Shown piece by piece: positions 20,780 to 30,786 of a stretch of 64,000 nucleotides of DNA. The DNA is from an uncultured Gemmatimonadales bacterium (GTDB lineage Bacteria; Gemmatimonadota; Gemmatimonadetes; Longimicrobiales; Gaopeijiaceae): NCBI GenBank assembly GCA_963809895.1, contig CAWELD010000003.1, forward strand, positions 1,280,001 to 1,344,000, given 5' to 3'. The number at the start of each line of letters is the position of its first letter. Position 1 is the first letter of the stretch. The notes below the pieces were generated by a model. It searched no databases, was not told where the DNA came from, and worked only from the letters and a program-made list of their open reading frames with translations. The translations under genes and the position numbers were made by a program.

Positions 20780-21805
20780 GTGATCCGAAGCTGTTTCGTG
20801 TGCGGCCGCGCGTTCGACGGGGAGCGTCTGTTCGAGCACGTCCCCCCGGCGGACCGTGTGGCCTACGACCCGGACCGCGGGCGCCTGTGGATGATCTGCC
20901 CCGGCTGCCGGCGCTGGTCGCTGGTCCCCATCGAGGACCGCTGGGAGGCGCTGGAGGAGCTGGAGCGGGGCGTCCGCGATCAGGGGCGGGTGTTGTCCAG
21001 CACCGACCGCATCGCCCTGATCAAGGTGGGGCCGTTGGAGGTCGTGCGCGTGGGGGGCGCGTCGCGCACCGAAGAGGCGTGGTGGCGCTACGGGCGGGAG
21101 CTCGTCTCCCGAAAGGAGGCCTACGGCCGTCTGTCCATGGCCGCGGGAATCGCCACCGGCGCCGTGCTGATCGGCGGCTGGGCCACGGGCGGCGTGGGCT
21201 TCATCGGCGCCTGGTGGCTCTGGGGTCACGCCCCGGCGCGCATCAAGGACGGCGCTCGTTGGCTCCGCTTCGGCAGCGACGCCTGGCGTGGCCGCCATAC
21301 CTGCCCGTCGTGCGGCTACGAGCTGCAGCGCCTGCGCTTCCGCGACCGGGGCGGACTCTTCCTCCTTCCCCACGCCGACAAAGACGTGGAGGTGGTGTAC
21401 CGCTGTCCACGGTGCGGCAGCGTGCGCGACGGCGGCATCCATCTGGAGCCCGACGACGGGACCCGGGTGCTACGCCGTGTGCTGGCCTACCGGCACTTCT
21501 CGGGAGCCAGTGAGGAGCGCGTGCGCTCGGCGACCCGCCTCATCGAGGAAGCCGGGTCCCCCGCCGACCTGTCCCGCCTCCTGGTCCGCGACGGCCGACG
21601 TCTGGAGGATCTGCAGAAGACGGGAGCGGTGGCGCTGGAGATCGCCGCCAACGAGTCCGCCGAGCAACGCCTCCTGGAGATGGAGGTGGCGGAGCTGGAA
21701 GCCGTCTGGCGGCGCGAAGAGGAGCTGGCCTCCATCATCGACGGCGAGCTCACTCCCCTTCCCCCGCTGGAAATCCTCCGACGCAAGATCACCGGAGGAA
21801 GCTGA
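20780..21805 (+). CDS. Hypothetical protein with two zinc-ribbon-like CxxC pairs around a hydrophobic segment
   Basis: CFVC...CPGC and CPSC...CPRC; hydrophobic stretch MAAGIATGAVLIGGWATGGVGFIGAWWLWG; acidic helical C-terminus. Likely start GTG 20780 (GGAGG upstream). Confidence 0.8.
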   Translation: MIRSCFVCGRAFDGERLFEHVPPADRVAYDPDRGRLWMICPGCRRWSLVPIEDRWEALEELERGVRDQGRVLSSTDRIALIKVGPLEVVRVGGASRTEEAWWRYGRELVSRKEAYGRLSMAAGIATGAVLIGGWATGGVGFIGAWWLWGHAPARIKDGARWLRFGSDAWRGRHTCPSCGYELQRLRFRDRGGLFLLPHADKDVEVVYRCPRCGSVRDGGIHLEPDDGTRVLRRVLAYRHFSGASEERVRSATRLIEEAGSPADLSRLLVRDGRRLEDLQKTGAVALEIAANESAEQRLLEMEVAELEAVWRREEELASIIDGELTPLPPLEILRRKITGGS

Positions 21806-21826
21806 CCCAAGGGCGCGGGCACGCGC

Positions 21827-23605
21827 TCAGTAGTCCACGGGGCGCAGGTAGAACTCACCGATGGCGGTGGACGACAGCAGCGCCACGGTGGGGAGCTCCC
21901 GCTTCCAGTGCGTCGCGTTCAGGCGCCGCGCCACCAGCGACACCTGGGCCTCGGGCAGGCCGGACCGCACCAGGTCCGAGGGGCTCCATCCCCGCACCAA
22001 CCAGAACAGGATGGGATCGGCGGCATGGTATCCGATTCCCAGCTCGTCCTCGTCGTTGACCCCTCGCACCAGGTCGGCGGAGGCCGGCTTGTCCACGATG
22101 GCTTCCGGCACGCCCAGATGCCGCGCCAGCGCCCACACCTGCGTCTTGAACAGATCGCCCAGGGGGTTGATGGGCGGCGAGTCGTCGGCATGCCACGTGT
22201 AGTAGCCCAGCAGGCGCTCGCTCTTGTTCCCCGTCCCGAGGGGGAGCGCCCCGAGCTTGGCCGACTGATCGAAGAGCGTCACGGCGCGCATGCGGGCCAT
22301 GACGTTGCCGCGGCGCGTGGGATCGGCGTCGGGCTCGTGCTCGTTCAGGTAGGCGTCGACCATGCCGGTGATGTCCACGGTCCGCGACCGGGCTCCGGTG
22401 GCCTCCAGCGCCAGCGCCGCGTGCTCGAGGCTCTCGGGGCTCGAGGTCGCGTAGGGCATGCGGAACCCGTACACGTTCTCAGGCCCCAGCGCGGTGCACG
22501 CGAGGTAGAGCGACACCGCCGAGTCCACTCCACCCGAGACGCCGACCACCACCTTCTGGAAGCCCCGTCGCGTGACCACCTCTTCGCGGATGAAGCGCAC
22601 GAGGGCCTCCTCCACCAGGGGCAGATCGAGCTGAAGGACCTCCGGACCGGTGGGCAGAGGTCCGGCCGCCTCCGGATCGCCGCCGCCCTCGAGTCCGGAT
22701 TCGGGGGATTCCCATGCGGCGGTCCCCCCCGTGACGGCGCGCTCCAGCGAGCGCTGAAGGTGCGGGAGCATCTGCTCCAGGTCCGCCAGCAGTGGCGCGT
22801 CGTCGCGGGCTCGCTCGATCCTGCGGCCGCCCAGCGTCGCTGCGACCACCCCTTCCTCCAGCAACGGCCCCCGGGCGATGGTGGCACCCTCGGGGCCGAT
22901 CACGGCGGACCCTCCCGGAAAGAGCTTGCCGCCCTCGGAGCCGACCAGCTGACACACCGCCACGTAGATCCCGTGCTCCTCGGCCATGGTGCGGGCCAGT
23001 CGATCCCAGCGGGCGAGGTTGCCTGGGAGCCCGTCTCCTTCGGGCCCGAAGTCCCTGGCCGGCGAAGCGCTCACCACCACCACCAGCTCCGCGCCGTCCA
23101 GCGCCAGGACCGCCCCGGGGAGCGAGTGCCAGGCTTCTTCGCACACCAGGAGCCCCAGACGTCCGAAACGGGTGTCCACCGCGCGCAGCTCACGGCCGGT
23201 CTCCACGAAGCGGGCCTCGTCGAACACCCCGTACGTGGGCAGGAAGAGCTTCCGGTGCACGTGCAGCGGCCGGTAGCCGTCGCCGTCGGGCGTGAAGTAC
23301 CCCACGGCGTTGTAGAGGCGACGGCGCCAACGCTCGTAGAACCCCACCACCACGTCCGGCGCACCCTGGACGGGGCGCCCCAATCCGGCCGCGACCTGGG
23401 CCGCCGAGCGCGCCGCCTCCTGAACGCCTCCCTGGAGGAAGTAGCCCGACAGCGAGGCTTCCGGGAACACCATCAGGTCGAATCGACCCGCCCCGTCCTC
23501 CACCTGCTGGCGGATGCGGGCGAGGTTCTCCTCGGGGTGTGCCTTGCGGGGGCGGAACTGTACCAGGCCCAGGCGAAGGGGACCGGGGACGGACGGCTCG
23601 CTCAT
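21827..23605 (-). CDS. nadE: Glutamine-dependent NAD+ synthetase (nitrilase-like domain plus NadE domain)
   Basis: E-K-C triad (FPEAS, HRKLF, VCEEAW); SGGVDS, GNVMARMR, GTGNKSE, PLGDLFKTQV, KPASADL. Confidence 0.93.
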   Translation of the reverse strand: MSEPSVPGPLRLGLVQFRPRKAHPEENLARIRQQVEDGAGRFDLMVFPEASLSGYFLQGGVQEAARSAAQVAAGLGRPVQGAPDVVVGFYERWRRRLYNAVGYFTPDGDGYRPLHVHRKLFLPTYGVFDEARFVETGRELRAVDTRFGRLGLLVCEEAWHSLPGAVLALDGAELVVVVSASPARDFGPEGDGLPGNLARWDRLARTMAEEHGIYVAVCQLVGSEGGKLFPGGSAVIGPEGATIARGPLLEEGVVAATLGGRRIERARDDAPLLADLEQMLPHLQRSLERAVTGGTAAWESPESGLEGGGDPEAAGPLPTGPEVLQLDLPLVEEALVRFIREEVVTRRGFQKVVVGVSGGVDSAVSLYLACTALGPENVYGFRMPYATSSPESLEHAALALEATGARSRTVDITGMVDAYLNEHEPDADPTRRGNVMARMRAVTLFDQSAKLGALPLGTGNKSERLLGYYTWHADDSPPINPLGDLFKTQVWALARHLGVPEAIVDKPASADLVRGVNDEDELGIGYHAADPILFWLVRGWSPSDLVRSGLPEAQVSLVARRLNATHWKRELPTVALLSSTAIGEFYLRPVDY

Positions 23606-23808
23606 GGCGGTGGATCCGGGCTTCGGGAGTGAAGCGGCACCAGCGCGCGGGGCTTCCTGGGGCCTCGATGTGCAACGCTACCTGAAAAGCTACAGGGCCC
23701 GGCGGATCGCGACAGAGGGGAGCACGAGGAGTCCGGGCCGCGGGAACGCGACTCAGGCGCCCGGGGTTACATCCGAAACGACCCGATTCCCGAACGCAGA
23801 TCCTGCCC

Positions 23809-25431
23809 ATGATTCGCACGCGCGCCCTGATTCTGGCCCTCACTCTCGCCGCGCCCCTTCCCGTCGCCGCGCAGGACGCCTCCGCGCCCATGCGCCAGAG
23901 CGCTCCCACCGGAAGCGGCGCCGAGGAAGCACAGATCTTCGTCAGCGCCCTGCGGGCCATCTCGCAGCTGTCGCAGAAGAGCCTCTCCGACTCCACGCTG
24001 TGGACCAACGCCCTGGACGGGCTCATCGAGTCGTTGAACGATCCCTACGCCTCGGTCTTCACGCCGAGTGAGGTCGATCAATTCGAAGAGGCGAACACGG
24101 GCAATTACGCGGGCATCGGGGTCCAGATCACCGAGCTGGACGATCTGGTCACGGTCACCGCCGTCTTCCGGGGCACGCCCGCCGAGCAGGTCGGGATGCA
24201 GGTGGGGGACATCATCGTCGGTGTGAACGGCGACGACACCCGGGACTGGACCACGCAGCAGGTGTCCGACGTGATCCGTGGGCCCGTGGGCTCGGAGGTG
24301 AAGGTCGCGGTGGAGCGTGACGGCTACGAGCGACCGATCCCCCTGGACATCACCCGCGACGAGGTGCACGTGTCGGCGGTGGCCGACGCCCGCCTCCCCG
24401 ACGGCCTGGCCTACGTCGCCATGGACCGGGTCGCGCGCAACGTGGCCCAGGAGCTGGACTCGGTTCTTTCCATCCACCGGAACGACAAGGGCCTGATCCT
24501 GGACCTGCGCGGCAATCCCGGAGGCTACCTGGACGAGGCCCTGATGCTGTCCGACATCTTCCTGTCTCCGGGCCAGACGCTGGCGGCCACACGGAGCCGG
24601 ACGCCGGGCAAGGCGGACGAGACGACCTACGAGTCGTACACGGACCGCATGCCGCCCCGCATCCCGCAGATGCCCATCATCGTGCTGGTGAACGACTACA
24701 CCGCCTCTGCGGCTGAAATCCTCACCGGCGCGCTCCAGGACTACGACCGGGCGCTGGTGGTGGGCCAACGCACCTTCGGCAAGGGGATCGTCCAGACCGT
24801 GCTCGACCTTCCCTACGGCCGCAAGCTGCGGCTCACGACCGGGTCCTGGTACACGCCGCTGGGCCGCTCCCTGCACCGCCCCCGTGGGTCCGACGGCATG
24901 CCCCTGCCGGAAGACGTGGACACCTTTCCCGAGATCCGCACGCCGGCGGGCCGTACGCTGATCGCCGCCGGAGGGATCTTCCCGGACCTGGACATCGAGG
25001 ACGACACGCTCAAGCTCAAGGAGCGGGAGCTCTTGCAGACGGCCGCCGAGGACGGCGTGCCGCTGCCGCTGCGCGTGGCGGAGTTCGGCTTCAGCGAGGC
25101 CAAGGTGCTCAAGGAGGCTGGTGAGGCCCCGCACCTGCGCCAGCAGCCCTTCGACGCCTTCCTGGACCAGCTCGTCTCCGAGGGACTCCCCTCCGAGCTC
25201 GTGCACGATGCCGTGGTAGTGGACTACCTGAACTGGCGCGCGCGGCTCTCCATCGCCGACCGCATGGACGACCTGGCCACCGCCGCCGAGGTGCGCATGG
25301 AGCGCGACCCGGTGCTGCGGACCGCCCAGAAGCTGCTCGAAGAGTCCAGGACCCAGCCCGAGCTCTACGCCCAGGCCGCGCAGGCCGGAGGCGAGGGGCG
25401 AGCGTCGCGATCCGAGGGCTCGGCGCGCTGA
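23809..25431 (+). CDS. C-terminal processing peptidase, S41/CtpA family
   Basis: Signal peptide, DPY, PDZ domain, LDLRGNPGG, TASAAE (catalytic Ser), TFGKG (catalytic Lys). Confidence 0.92.
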   Translation: MIRTRALILALTLAAPLPVAAQDASAPMRQSAPTGSGAEEAQIFVSALRAISQLSQKSLSDSTLWTNALDGLIESLNDPYASVFTPSEVDQFEEANTGNYAGIGVQITELDDLVTVTAVFRGTPAEQVGMQVGDIIVGVNGDDTRDWTTQQVSDVIRGPVGSEVKVAVERDGYERPIPLDITRDEVHVSAVADARLPDGLAYVAMDRVARNVAQELDSVLSIHRNDKGLILDLRGNPGGYLDEALMLSDIFLSPGQTLAATRSRTPGKADETTYESYTDRMPPRIPQMPIIVLVNDYTASAAEILTGALQDYDRALVVGQRTFGKGIVQTVLDLPYGRKLRLTTGSWYTPLGRSLHRPRGSDGMPLPEDVDTFPEIRTPAGRTLIAAGGIFPDLDIEDDTLKLKERELLQTAAEDGVPLPLRVAEFGFSEAKVLKEAGEAPHLRQQPFDAFLDQLVSEGLPSELVHDAVVVDYLNWRARLSIADRMDDLATAAEVRMERDPVLRTAQKLLEESRTQPELYAQAAQAGGEGRASRSEGSAR

Positions 25432-25474
25432 CGGCACGCGGCGGCCGGTAGCCGCCGACTCCGGCCCTGCTGCC

Positions 25475-26374
25475 CTACCCTCTGGGATGGTGCTTGCGGT
25501 GCACCTCCCGCAGGTATTCCCGATCCACGTGCGTGTAGATCTGGGTGGTGGAGATGTCGGCGTGCCCCAGAAGCTCCTGGACCGCGGCCAGGTCCGCGCC
25601 GCCCTCCAGCAGATGGGTGGCGAAGGAGTGACGCAGGGTGTGGGGAGAGACCCGGCGTTCGATTCCGGCCCTCCGGGTGGCTTCCTTCACCAGGTTCCAC
25701 ACCGCCTGCCGGCTGAGCGGACGCCCGCGGGCGTTCAGGAACACCCGGCCCTTGGTCCGTCCGTCGTCGAGCACGGGCCTCACCTCGCGCAGGTAGCGCT
25801 CGAGGGCTCGCACCGCCGGCCCCCCTACGGGAACCAGGCGCTCCTTGGAGCCCTTGCCGAACACCAGCACCAGGCGCTCATCCAGGTCCAGGGCGCGCAC
25901 GGGCAACTCCACGAGCTCCGAGACGCGCATCCCCGTGGCGTAGAGCGTCTCGAGAATGGCCCGGTCCCGCCAGTGCATGGGATGGCCCTCCTCCGGCGCC
26001 TCCAGCAGGCGCTCGACCTCCTCGCGCGACAGCACGTCCGGCAGCCGCCGCCACACGCGCGGTGATTCGAGGCGCTCCGTGGGATCGTCCTCCAGCACGC
26101 CTTCGGCCAGCAGGAAGGCGAAGTAGGTCCGAAGCGCCGACTGGGCCCTCCGTATGGAGGTCGCCGCCAGCCCCGCGTCCTTGAGATGGAAGGTGTAGTC
26201 GCGCAGGGCGTTGCCGGTCACGGCGTCGGGCCGGCGCACGCCCCGATCCTCGACGAAGGCCAGAAAGCGTTCCACGTCGCGGCGATACGCCGCGATGCTG
26301 CGGGCGGCGAGGCCCCGTTCGAAGGCGAGATGGTCCAGGAACGGTTCCAGACGGAACTCCCGGCTCACGCCCAT
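25475..26374 (-). CDS. xerD: Site-specific tyrosine recombinase XerD
   Basis: RDRAILETLYATGMRVSEL, GKGSKER, SPHTLRHSFATHLLEGGADL, LGHADISTTQIYTHV. Confidence 0.93.
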   Translation of the reverse strand: MGVSREFRLEPFLDHLAFERGLAARSIAAYRRDVERFLAFVEDRGVRRPDAVTGNALRDYTFHLKDAGLAATSIRRAQSALRTYFAFLLAEGVLEDDPTERLESPRVWRRLPDVLSREEVERLLEAPEEGHPMHWRDRAILETLYATGMRVSELVELPVRALDLDERLVLVFGKGSKERLVPVGGPAVRALERYLREVRPVLDDGRTKGRVFLNARGRPLSRQAVWNLVKEATRRAGIERRVSPHTLRHSFATHLLEGGADLAAVQELLGHADISTTQIYTHVDREYLREVHRKHHPRG

Positions 26375-26375
26375 G

Positions 26376-26981
26376 TCAGCCGCTCCTGCGGCTCCGCCAC
26401 CACCAGAAGCCCACCGCTCCCGCCACCACCAGCGCGACGATCAGCAGGACCCGATTCGTGCCGGCGAGCCAGGCTTCGACGTGCTCGAGATTGCGTCCGG
26501 CGGTGACACCCGCCCACAGCAGCGCCCCGTACCAGATGGCCGAGGCCGAAGCCACCGGCACGGCCACGCGGGCAAAGGGCTGGTGGCTGACCCCGGCGAA
26601 GGCCGGGACCACGGCCCTCAGGCCCGGAAGGAAGCGCGCGAAGAAGATGGCCGCCACACCCCAGCGGCGGTAGAAGCGCTGTATGCGCTGGAGTTGCGCG
26701 TCGCCGAGGAGAAGGCGACCCGCGCCTTCCTCGAAGAAGACGCGCCCGTATCGGTGTCCCATCCAGTAGACCAGGAGCGCGCTGGCGACGTTGGCGAACC
26801 AGATGAGGGCGAGGATGGTCCAGGGCTCCACCGTTCCCCGGGATGCCAGCAGTCCGCCCACCACGACGAAGGTGTCCGCGGGCACCGGAGGAACCAGATT
26901 CTCGAGAGCGGCCCCCAGAGGAAGGACGACGTAGACCAGCGGTCCGGGAAGGGCCGCCAGCCAGTCCAGTGCCGCATTCAC
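26376..26981 (-). CDS. DedA family membrane protein
   Basis: ENLVPPVP, ARFLPGLR, multiple TM segments. Confidence 0.88.
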   Translation of the reverse strand: MNAALDWLAALPGPLVYVVLPLGAALENLVPPVPADTFVVVGGLLASRGTVEPWTILALIWFANVASALLVYWMGHRYGRVFFEEGAGRLLLGDAQLQRIQRFYRRWGVAAIFFARFLPGLRAVVPAFAGVSHQPFARVAVPVASASAIWYGALLWAGVTAGRNLEHVEAWLAGTNRVLLIVALVVAGAVGFWWWRSRRSG

Positions 26982-27469
26982 GTGCCTCCGGCGTCGGACA
27001 TGCGATCCACCAGGGCGACCGCATGCACCGCCAGCCCCTCGCCGGCACCGATCCAGCCCAGTCCCTCGTTGCTCTTGCCCTTCACGGACACGAAGTCGGC
27101 GCCGATCCGGAGCACCTCACCGAGCCGCTCCCGCATGGCGCCCGCCACGGGGCCGATCTTCGGACTCTCGCACACTACGGTCACATCCACGTTCACGACC
27201 TGGTAGTTGCGTCGTTCGAGCACGTCCACGGTCCGCCGCAGGAGGTCGAGGGAGTCGGCATCCTTCCAGGTGTCGTCGTCGGGCGGAAAGTGGGATCCGA
27301 TGTCTCCGGCTCCGGCGGCGCCCAGAAGCGCGTCGGTGACGGCGTGACACACGGCGTCGCCGTCCGAGTGTCCGGCGAGGCCGGGGTGGTCGGCGATGCG
27401 AACGCCCCCCAGGATCAGGGAGCGTCCGGCATCGAAGCGGTGGGAGTCGTAGCCGAGTCCGACACGCAC
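26978..27469 (-). CDS. ispF: 2-C-methyl-D-erythritol 2,4-cyclodiphosphate synthase
   Basis: GLGYDSH, GHSDGDAVCHAVTDALLGA, GDIGSHFP. Confidence 0.96.
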   Translation of the reverse strand: MRVGLGYDSHRFDAGRSLILGGVRIADHPGLAGHSDGDAVCHAVTDALLGAAGAGDIGSHFPPDDDTWKDADSLDLLRRTVDVLERRNYQVVNVDVTVVCESPKIGPVAGAMRERLGEVLRIGADFVSVKGKSNEGLGWIGAGEGLAVHAVALVDRMSDAGGT

Positions 27470-27476
27470 GAGGTGC

Positions 27477-28751
27477 CTACCCGTCCCATCTCCGGAAGGC
27501 GAGGCAAACGTTGTGCCCGCCGAAGCCGAAGGAGTTGCTCAGCACCGTGCGAACCTCGCGCTCGACCGTGCGGTTGTGGGCGTAGTCCAGGTCGCAGGTG
27601 GGATCGGCTTCGGAGAAGTTGATGGTGGGCGGAATCCGTGCGTCCCGGCAAACCAGCAGGGAGATCACGGATTCCAGGGCCCCGGCCGCTCCGAGGAGGT
27701 GGCCGGTCATGGACTTGGTGGACCCGACCACGATCTCGTAGGCCCGCTCCCCGAGCACCGCCTTGATCGCGGCGGTCTCGTTGGTGTCGTTCATGGGCGT
27801 GGAGGTCCCGTGGGCGTTGACGTAGTCGACCTCTTCAGGGGCGATGCCCGCGTCGGCCAACGCCAGCCGCATGGCGTGCTGGGCTCCGGCACCCTCCGGG
27901 GCCGGTGACGTGATGTGGTAGGCATCGCCCGACAGACCGTACCCTACCACCTCACCGAAGATGGTGGCTCCCCGCGCCTGGGCGTGCTCCAGCTCCTCCA
28001 GGATCACGGCGCCCGAGCCCTCACCGATGACGAATCCGTCGCGGCCGGCGTCGAACGGTCGGCTCGCCGTGGCGGGATCGTCGTTGCGGGTGGACATGGC
28101 CTTCATGGCCGCGAATCCCGCGATGGTCATGGGCGTGATCGTGGCCTCCGTGCCTCCGGCGAGCATCAGGTCCGCGTCGCCTCGCTGGATGATGCGGCAG
28201 GCATCGCCCACGGCGTGCGCGCTGGAGGCGCATGCCGACACGGTGGCGTAGTTGGGCCCCTGTGCGTTGAAGCGGATGGAGATCAGCCCCGCCGCGATGT
28301 CCGGAATGAACATGGGCACGAAGAACGGGCTCACCCGTCCCGGGCCCCGCTCCAGGAGCGTACGGTGCTGCTCCTCGAAGGTGGCGATCCCTCCGATCCC
28401 GCTGCCGAAGATGACCCCGAACCGCTCGGGTGGTGTGCCCTCGGGAGGCCCATCCAGCCCCGCCGAGCGCATGGCCTCGTCCGAGGCCACGAGCCCGAAC
28501 TGGGCAAAGCGGTCGTAGCGGCGCACTTCCTTCGCGTCGAGCACGCCGGAAGGATCGAAGTCCTTCACCTCGCACGCGATGCGCGTCGGGAAATCCTCCG
28601 TGGCGTCGAAGTGGGTGATGGTGCCACCCCCACTCGTCCCCGCCAGCAGGGCTTTCCAGGTGGACTCGACGTCATGTCCCACCGGACAGAGAACGCCCAT
28701 CCCCGTCACCACCACCCGCTTCTCGCCGCGGGCATTCGTCATGGCCGTCAT
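27477..28751 (-). CDS. fabF: Beta-ketoacyl-ACP synthase II
   Basis: RVVVTGMG, SACASS, NAHGTST, KSMTGHLLGAAG, SNSFGFGG. Confidence 0.97.
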   Translation of the reverse strand: MTAMTNARGEKRVVVTGMGVLCPVGHDVESTWKALLAGTSGGGTITHFDATEDFPTRIACEVKDFDPSGVLDAKEVRRYDRFAQFGLVASDEAMRSAGLDGPPEGTPPERFGVIFGSGIGGIATFEEQHRTLLERGPGRVSPFFVPMFIPDIAAGLISIRFNAQGPNYATVSACASSAHAVGDACRIIQRGDADLMLAGGTEATITPMTIAGFAAMKAMSTRNDDPATASRPFDAGRDGFVIGEGSGAVILEELEHAQARGATIFGEVVGYGLSGDAYHITSPAPEGAGAQHAMRLALADAGIAPEEVDYVNAHGTSTPMNDTNETAAIKAVLGERAYEIVVGSTKSMTGHLLGAAGALESVISLLVCRDARIPPTINFSEADPTCDLDYAHNRTVEREVRTVLSNSFGFGGHNVCLAFRRWDG

Positions 28752-28770
28752 GGTAGGCGGAAACCCGCCC

Positions 28771-29007
28771 CTACTCCACGTTCTTCTTCATGTACTCGAT
28801 GGCGTCACCCACCGTGCGGAGCTGCTCGGCATCCTCGTCGGGGATGTCGATGCCGAACTCCTCCTCGAAGGCCATGACGAGCTCGACCGTGTCGAGCGAA
28901 TCGGCGCCGAGATCCTCCACGAACGAGGCGTCGTCTGTGACCTTGTCCGGCTCCACGCCGAGCTCGTTGATGATGATCTCCCGAACCTTGGATTCGGCGT
29001 CCGACAT
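28771..29007 (-). CDS. acpP: Acyl carrier protein
   Basis: [20 protein letters not shown]. Confidence 0.97.
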   Translation of the reverse strand: MSDAESKVREIIINELGVEPDKVTDDASFVEDLGADSLDTVELVMAFEEEFGIDIPDEDAEQLRTVGDAIEYMKKNVE

Positions 29008-29079
29008 GCGTTCCCCCCTTTTGGGTTGGTTGCGATTCGTATCGAGTTCAGATACTGCGAGAAAGACCGGCCACGCCGG

Positions 29080-29835
29080 TCACATGACCATCCCGCCGTC
29101 CACGGCGAGAACCTGGCCGGTAATGTAGCGTGCCCAGGGGCCGGCGAGAAAGCGCACAACCCCCGCCACGTCGTCGGGTTCCCCGAGGCGTCCCATGGGG
29201 ATGCTGTCCAGCAGCGCCTGCGTGCGATCCTCACCCAGCTCCGAGGTCATGTCGGAGTGGATGTAGCCGGGCGCGATGGCGTTGCAGCGGATCCCCCGGG
29301 TCGCGAGCTCGCGTGCGACGCTCTTGGTGAACCCGACCAGACCGGCCTTGGAGGCGGCGTAGTTCGCCTGGCCGGCGTTTCCGATGAGCCCGACCACCGA
29401 GGTGATGTTCACGATCACGCCGTCGCGCCGCTTCATCATCCCCTTCGTCAGCGCACGAGTCAAGTTGAAGGCCCCCTTCAAGTTGACTTTCATGACCTCA
29501 TCCCAGTCCTCGTCCTTCATGCGAAGAAGGAGGCCGTCGCGGGTGATGCCTGCGTTGTTCACCAGGACGTCCACGACGCCCATACCCTCGGTCACCGACG
29601 ACACCAGAGCCTCCACCTGATCGACGTCCCCCACGTCGCACGAGAACCCGGCGTGTCCGTCTCCGGGCAGCTCGCCGGCCACGGTGGCGGCACGCTCCCC
29701 GTCCCGGGCCACCACGGCCACCGCCGCGCCACCCCGGGCCAACGCGTGGCTGATGGCCAGCCCGATCCCCCGGGATCCACCGGTGACCAGGGCGACCTTT
29801 CCGTCCAGCTCTCGAATCTCGTTTGCTTCGCTCAT
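29080..29835 (-). CDS. fabG: 3-oxoacyl-ACP reductase
   Basis: TGGSRGIG, NNAGITRD, YAASKAG. Start ATG 29835 overlaps the fabD stop. Confidence 0.95.
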   Translation of the reverse strand: MSEANEIRELDGKVALVTGGSRGIGLAISHALARGGAAVAVVARDGERAATVAGELPGDGHAGFSCDVGDVDQVEALVSSVTEGMGVVDVLVNNAGITRDGLLLRMKDEDWDEVMKVNLKGAFNLTRALTKGMMKRRDGVIVNITSVVGLIGNAGQANYAASKAGLVGFTKSVARELATRGIRCNAIAPGYIHSDMTSELGEDRTQALLDSIPMGRLGEPDDVAGVVRFLAGPWARYITGQVLAVDGGMVM

Positions 29836-30755
29836 GCCGAGCCCTCCCCCGTGTCCAGATCGTCGGGCGTGCCCACGGACATGCAGGGCACACCGCGGGC
29901 GTTCCGCTTGTTCAAGCCACAGAGCACGCTTCCGGCGCCGAGCTCCAGGAAGCGCGTGGCGCCTCCTTCCAGCATGGCGGCCACCGAGGCCACCCACCGC
30001 ACCGGCGACGTGAGCTGCCGCACGAGCAGATCCCGCGCTTCGCCGGCCTCGGTCACCGGCCGCGCCAGGACGTTGGAAACGACCGGCACCCTCGGGTCCC
30101 GGAAGTCCACGTCGGCGAGATGGGCGCGCAGGCCCGACTCGGCAGGCTCCATGAGGGGCGAGTGGAACGCTCCGGAGACATTCAGCTCGAGCACGCGCTT
30201 CGCCCCGGCCTCCTTCGCCAGCGCCATGCCCTGCTCCACCCCGGCGCGGTCGCCACTGATCACCACCTGTCCCGGGGCGTTGAAGTTGGCCGGCACACAG
30301 ATGCCCTCGGTCACCCGCGCGCACGCGGCCTCCACCGCCGCGTCCTCCAGGCCCAGCACCGCCGCCATGGTCCCGGAGCGCTCCCGTCCCGCTTCGAACA
30401 TGAGCTCGCCGCGACGCCGCACGGCCTCGAGCGCATCCCGGAAGGACAGCGTGCCCGCCGCCACATGGGCAGAGAACTCCCCCAGCGAATGGCCCGCCGC
30501 GAAGCCGATCGGCCCCAGCCGGTCCTCCACGGCGCGGAGCACGGCCACCGAATGCACCAGAAGCGCGGGCTGCGCGTTCCGGGTCTCGGTGAGCTCCTCG
30601 TCGGGGCCGTCCCACATGAGCGCGGACAGGGCGAAGCCCAGGACGTCGTCGGCTTCCTCGAACACCTGGCGGGCCACGGGCAGGTCGTCGGCGAGCTCAC
30701 GGCCCATACCGACGAACTGTGATCCCTGACCCGGAAAGAGGAGGGCTGAGCTCAC
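29832..30755 (-). CDS. fabD: Malonyl-CoA:ACP transacylase
   Basis: FPGQGSQ, GHSLGE, VSGAFHS. Confidence 0.96.
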   Translation of the reverse strand: MSSALLFPGQGSQFVGMGRELADDLPVARQVFEEADDVLGFALSALMWDGPDEELTETRNAQPALLVHSVAVLRAVEDRLGPIGFAAGHSLGEFSAHVAAGTLSFRDALEAVRRRGELMFEAGRERSGTMAAVLGLEDAAVEAACARVTEGICVPANFNAPGQVVISGDRAGVEQGMALAKEAGAKRVLELNVSGAFHSPLMEPAESGLRAHLADVDFRDPRVPVVSNVLARPVTEAGEARDLLVRQLTSPVRWVASVAAMLEGGATRFLELGAGSVLCGLNKRNARGVPCMSVGTPDDLDTGEGSA

Positions 30756-30786
30756 GGAAACGGAGGGTTGAGGGTGGGAGGGTGCG

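Noticed and set aside
25475..26374. Tyrosine recombinase as a prophage or island integrase
   Set aside because: Canonical XerD motifs and size, at the end of a housekeeping operon, with no att-like repeats, tRNA or cargo genes nearby.
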